Positions 22,828 to 23,759 of a DNA stretch of 23,759 nucleotides are shown here, piece by piece; position 1 is the stretch's first letter; every line of letters starts with the position of its first letter. The stretch comes from Azolla caroliniana (lineage: Eukaryota > Plantae > Polypodiophyta): the NCBI GenBank assembly GCA_043228905.1, contig JBHGNT010000467.1, forward strand, positions 1 through 23,759, read 5' to 3'. The position numbers and the translations under genes were made by a program. Under the pieces are notes generated by a model. That model had not been told where the DNA came from. It was given only the letters and a program-made list of their open reading frames with translations, and did not search any database.

Positions 22828-23448
22828 TGTCGCGTTATTACGCGCGTGTGTGCTGAAGGGCAGGACCACGAGGGTCTCAGACAAGGGGGAAAAGGGATGC
22901 CAAGAAAACCGACTCGAGACACGACCCGGAGGCAACCGAACACGAGAGAGAGAGAGAAAAAGAGAGAGAGAGCATGCGCGCGACACCGACTCTTATGCAC
23001 AGGAAACGAGAGGGGCTATGCTCCCGACACCACCAGATACACCAATATGCACAAACAGATATAAGTGTATATATTACAAAGGAGAAAGATACAACCCCGG
23101 CTTCGAGCCGGCTATGCTCAGAAGAAAAGAAGTTAACCCTAACAGCTTTGCTGCCATGGCTGTGGCGCCCAACTTCTCAAGAAGGAGGAGGAGAAGAAGA
23201 ACTAACCTTAGAAATAAAATGACCCTCTACAAAATGGTATTCCCTTACGACTCAAAATGGGCAACCCCATACAAGAGACCCCTCCCTTCCTTTTATAGCC
23301 TAAGGAGGGAGGAACGTTACAATGTGGGATCAATACTCCCCCCTTATTCTATACACCGTTTTCCTACTATACATGTGCACATGTTGCACACCACCGGCTT
23401 GCCCTATTCCACCCTAGTTTCACACTATAGCCGGAAATCTTCACGACA
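22828..23448 (-). repeat. 5' LTR of nested element (621 bp)
   Basis: TGTCGCG...CACGACA on plus; pairs with 18384-18986. Confidence 0.95.
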
Positions 23449-23759
23449 CCGTAACAAAATGGCGAAGTCATGGCTACCAATATCGGCGAGAAATTAACTC
23501 AAAAGTCTTGTGGATGCCAAAATTTTCAACCATTGGTGTGTCATGACATTGTTGCACGACTTGGAGTCGAGAAGGACCGTCAACCACATACAAGAGATTT
23601 TGTCGAAAAAGTAAACCATCATGGCAACTGAACTGGGTGTAGTCTTGACGAGGATTTTGAGATTGGAAGCTGGAAGCACAATCTGGGATAATATGGTTCA
23701 AAATCTCTTGGGCGAATGCATCAATCACAATATGCTCCCAAATGGAATAAAGAAGACTT
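23449..23759 (-). mobile_element. Same Ty3/gypsy chromovirus, upstream part (integrase zinc-finger region), continues beyond the right edge
   Basis: DGLLFRQNLLYV..RLQVVQQCHDTPMVENFGIHKTFELISRRYW..LRHFVT joins in frame to DYVHSC at 18383 once the nested element and one TSD copy are removed. Confidence 0.92.

Larger units (their letters stand above)
18384..23448 (-). mobile_element. Complete non-autonomous LTR retrotransposon (gag-only, Ty3/gypsy Phygy-like) nested in the chromovirus integrase
   Basis: LTR pair, tRNA-Trp PBS, PPT, 4-bp TSD CTGT/CCGT and gag remnant. No PR/RT/RH/INT motifs were found in the 3.8-kb interior. Lineage name is from recalled similarity. Confidence 0.9.

Overview
Eukaryotic plant nuclear DNA, most likely a moss/bryophyte. 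This is inferred from the GT-AG introns, a Tcn1-like chromovirus and a Phygy-like Ty3/gypsy element. Left (195-6640, minus): seven exons of an apparently intact TruA/Pus1-family tRNA pseudouridine synthase whose 3' end runs off the left edge. Middle (about 7050-10890, minus): a decayed L1-ORF1-like (DUF4283 + CCHC) sequence. Joined in frame to it is a five-exon spliced pseudogene that the ORF track only shows in pieces. When spliced it encodes a ParB-like segment fused to a bacterial/phage-type beta-class amino (N6-adenine/N4-cytosine) DNA methyltransferase (DIPYG ... NPY[Q]KP ... DLFSCTGST ... RNTVALEKD). This is the most unusual element in the window. Right (10891-23759): a nest of four degenerate LTR retrotransposons: a Copia fragment (minus), a near-complete Copia (plus), a chromodomain Ty3/gypsy (minus), and inside the latter a non-autonomous gag-only element with tRNA-Trp PBS, 4-bp TSD and an internal repeat array. 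All calls come from manual translation and motif recognition; no database search was run.
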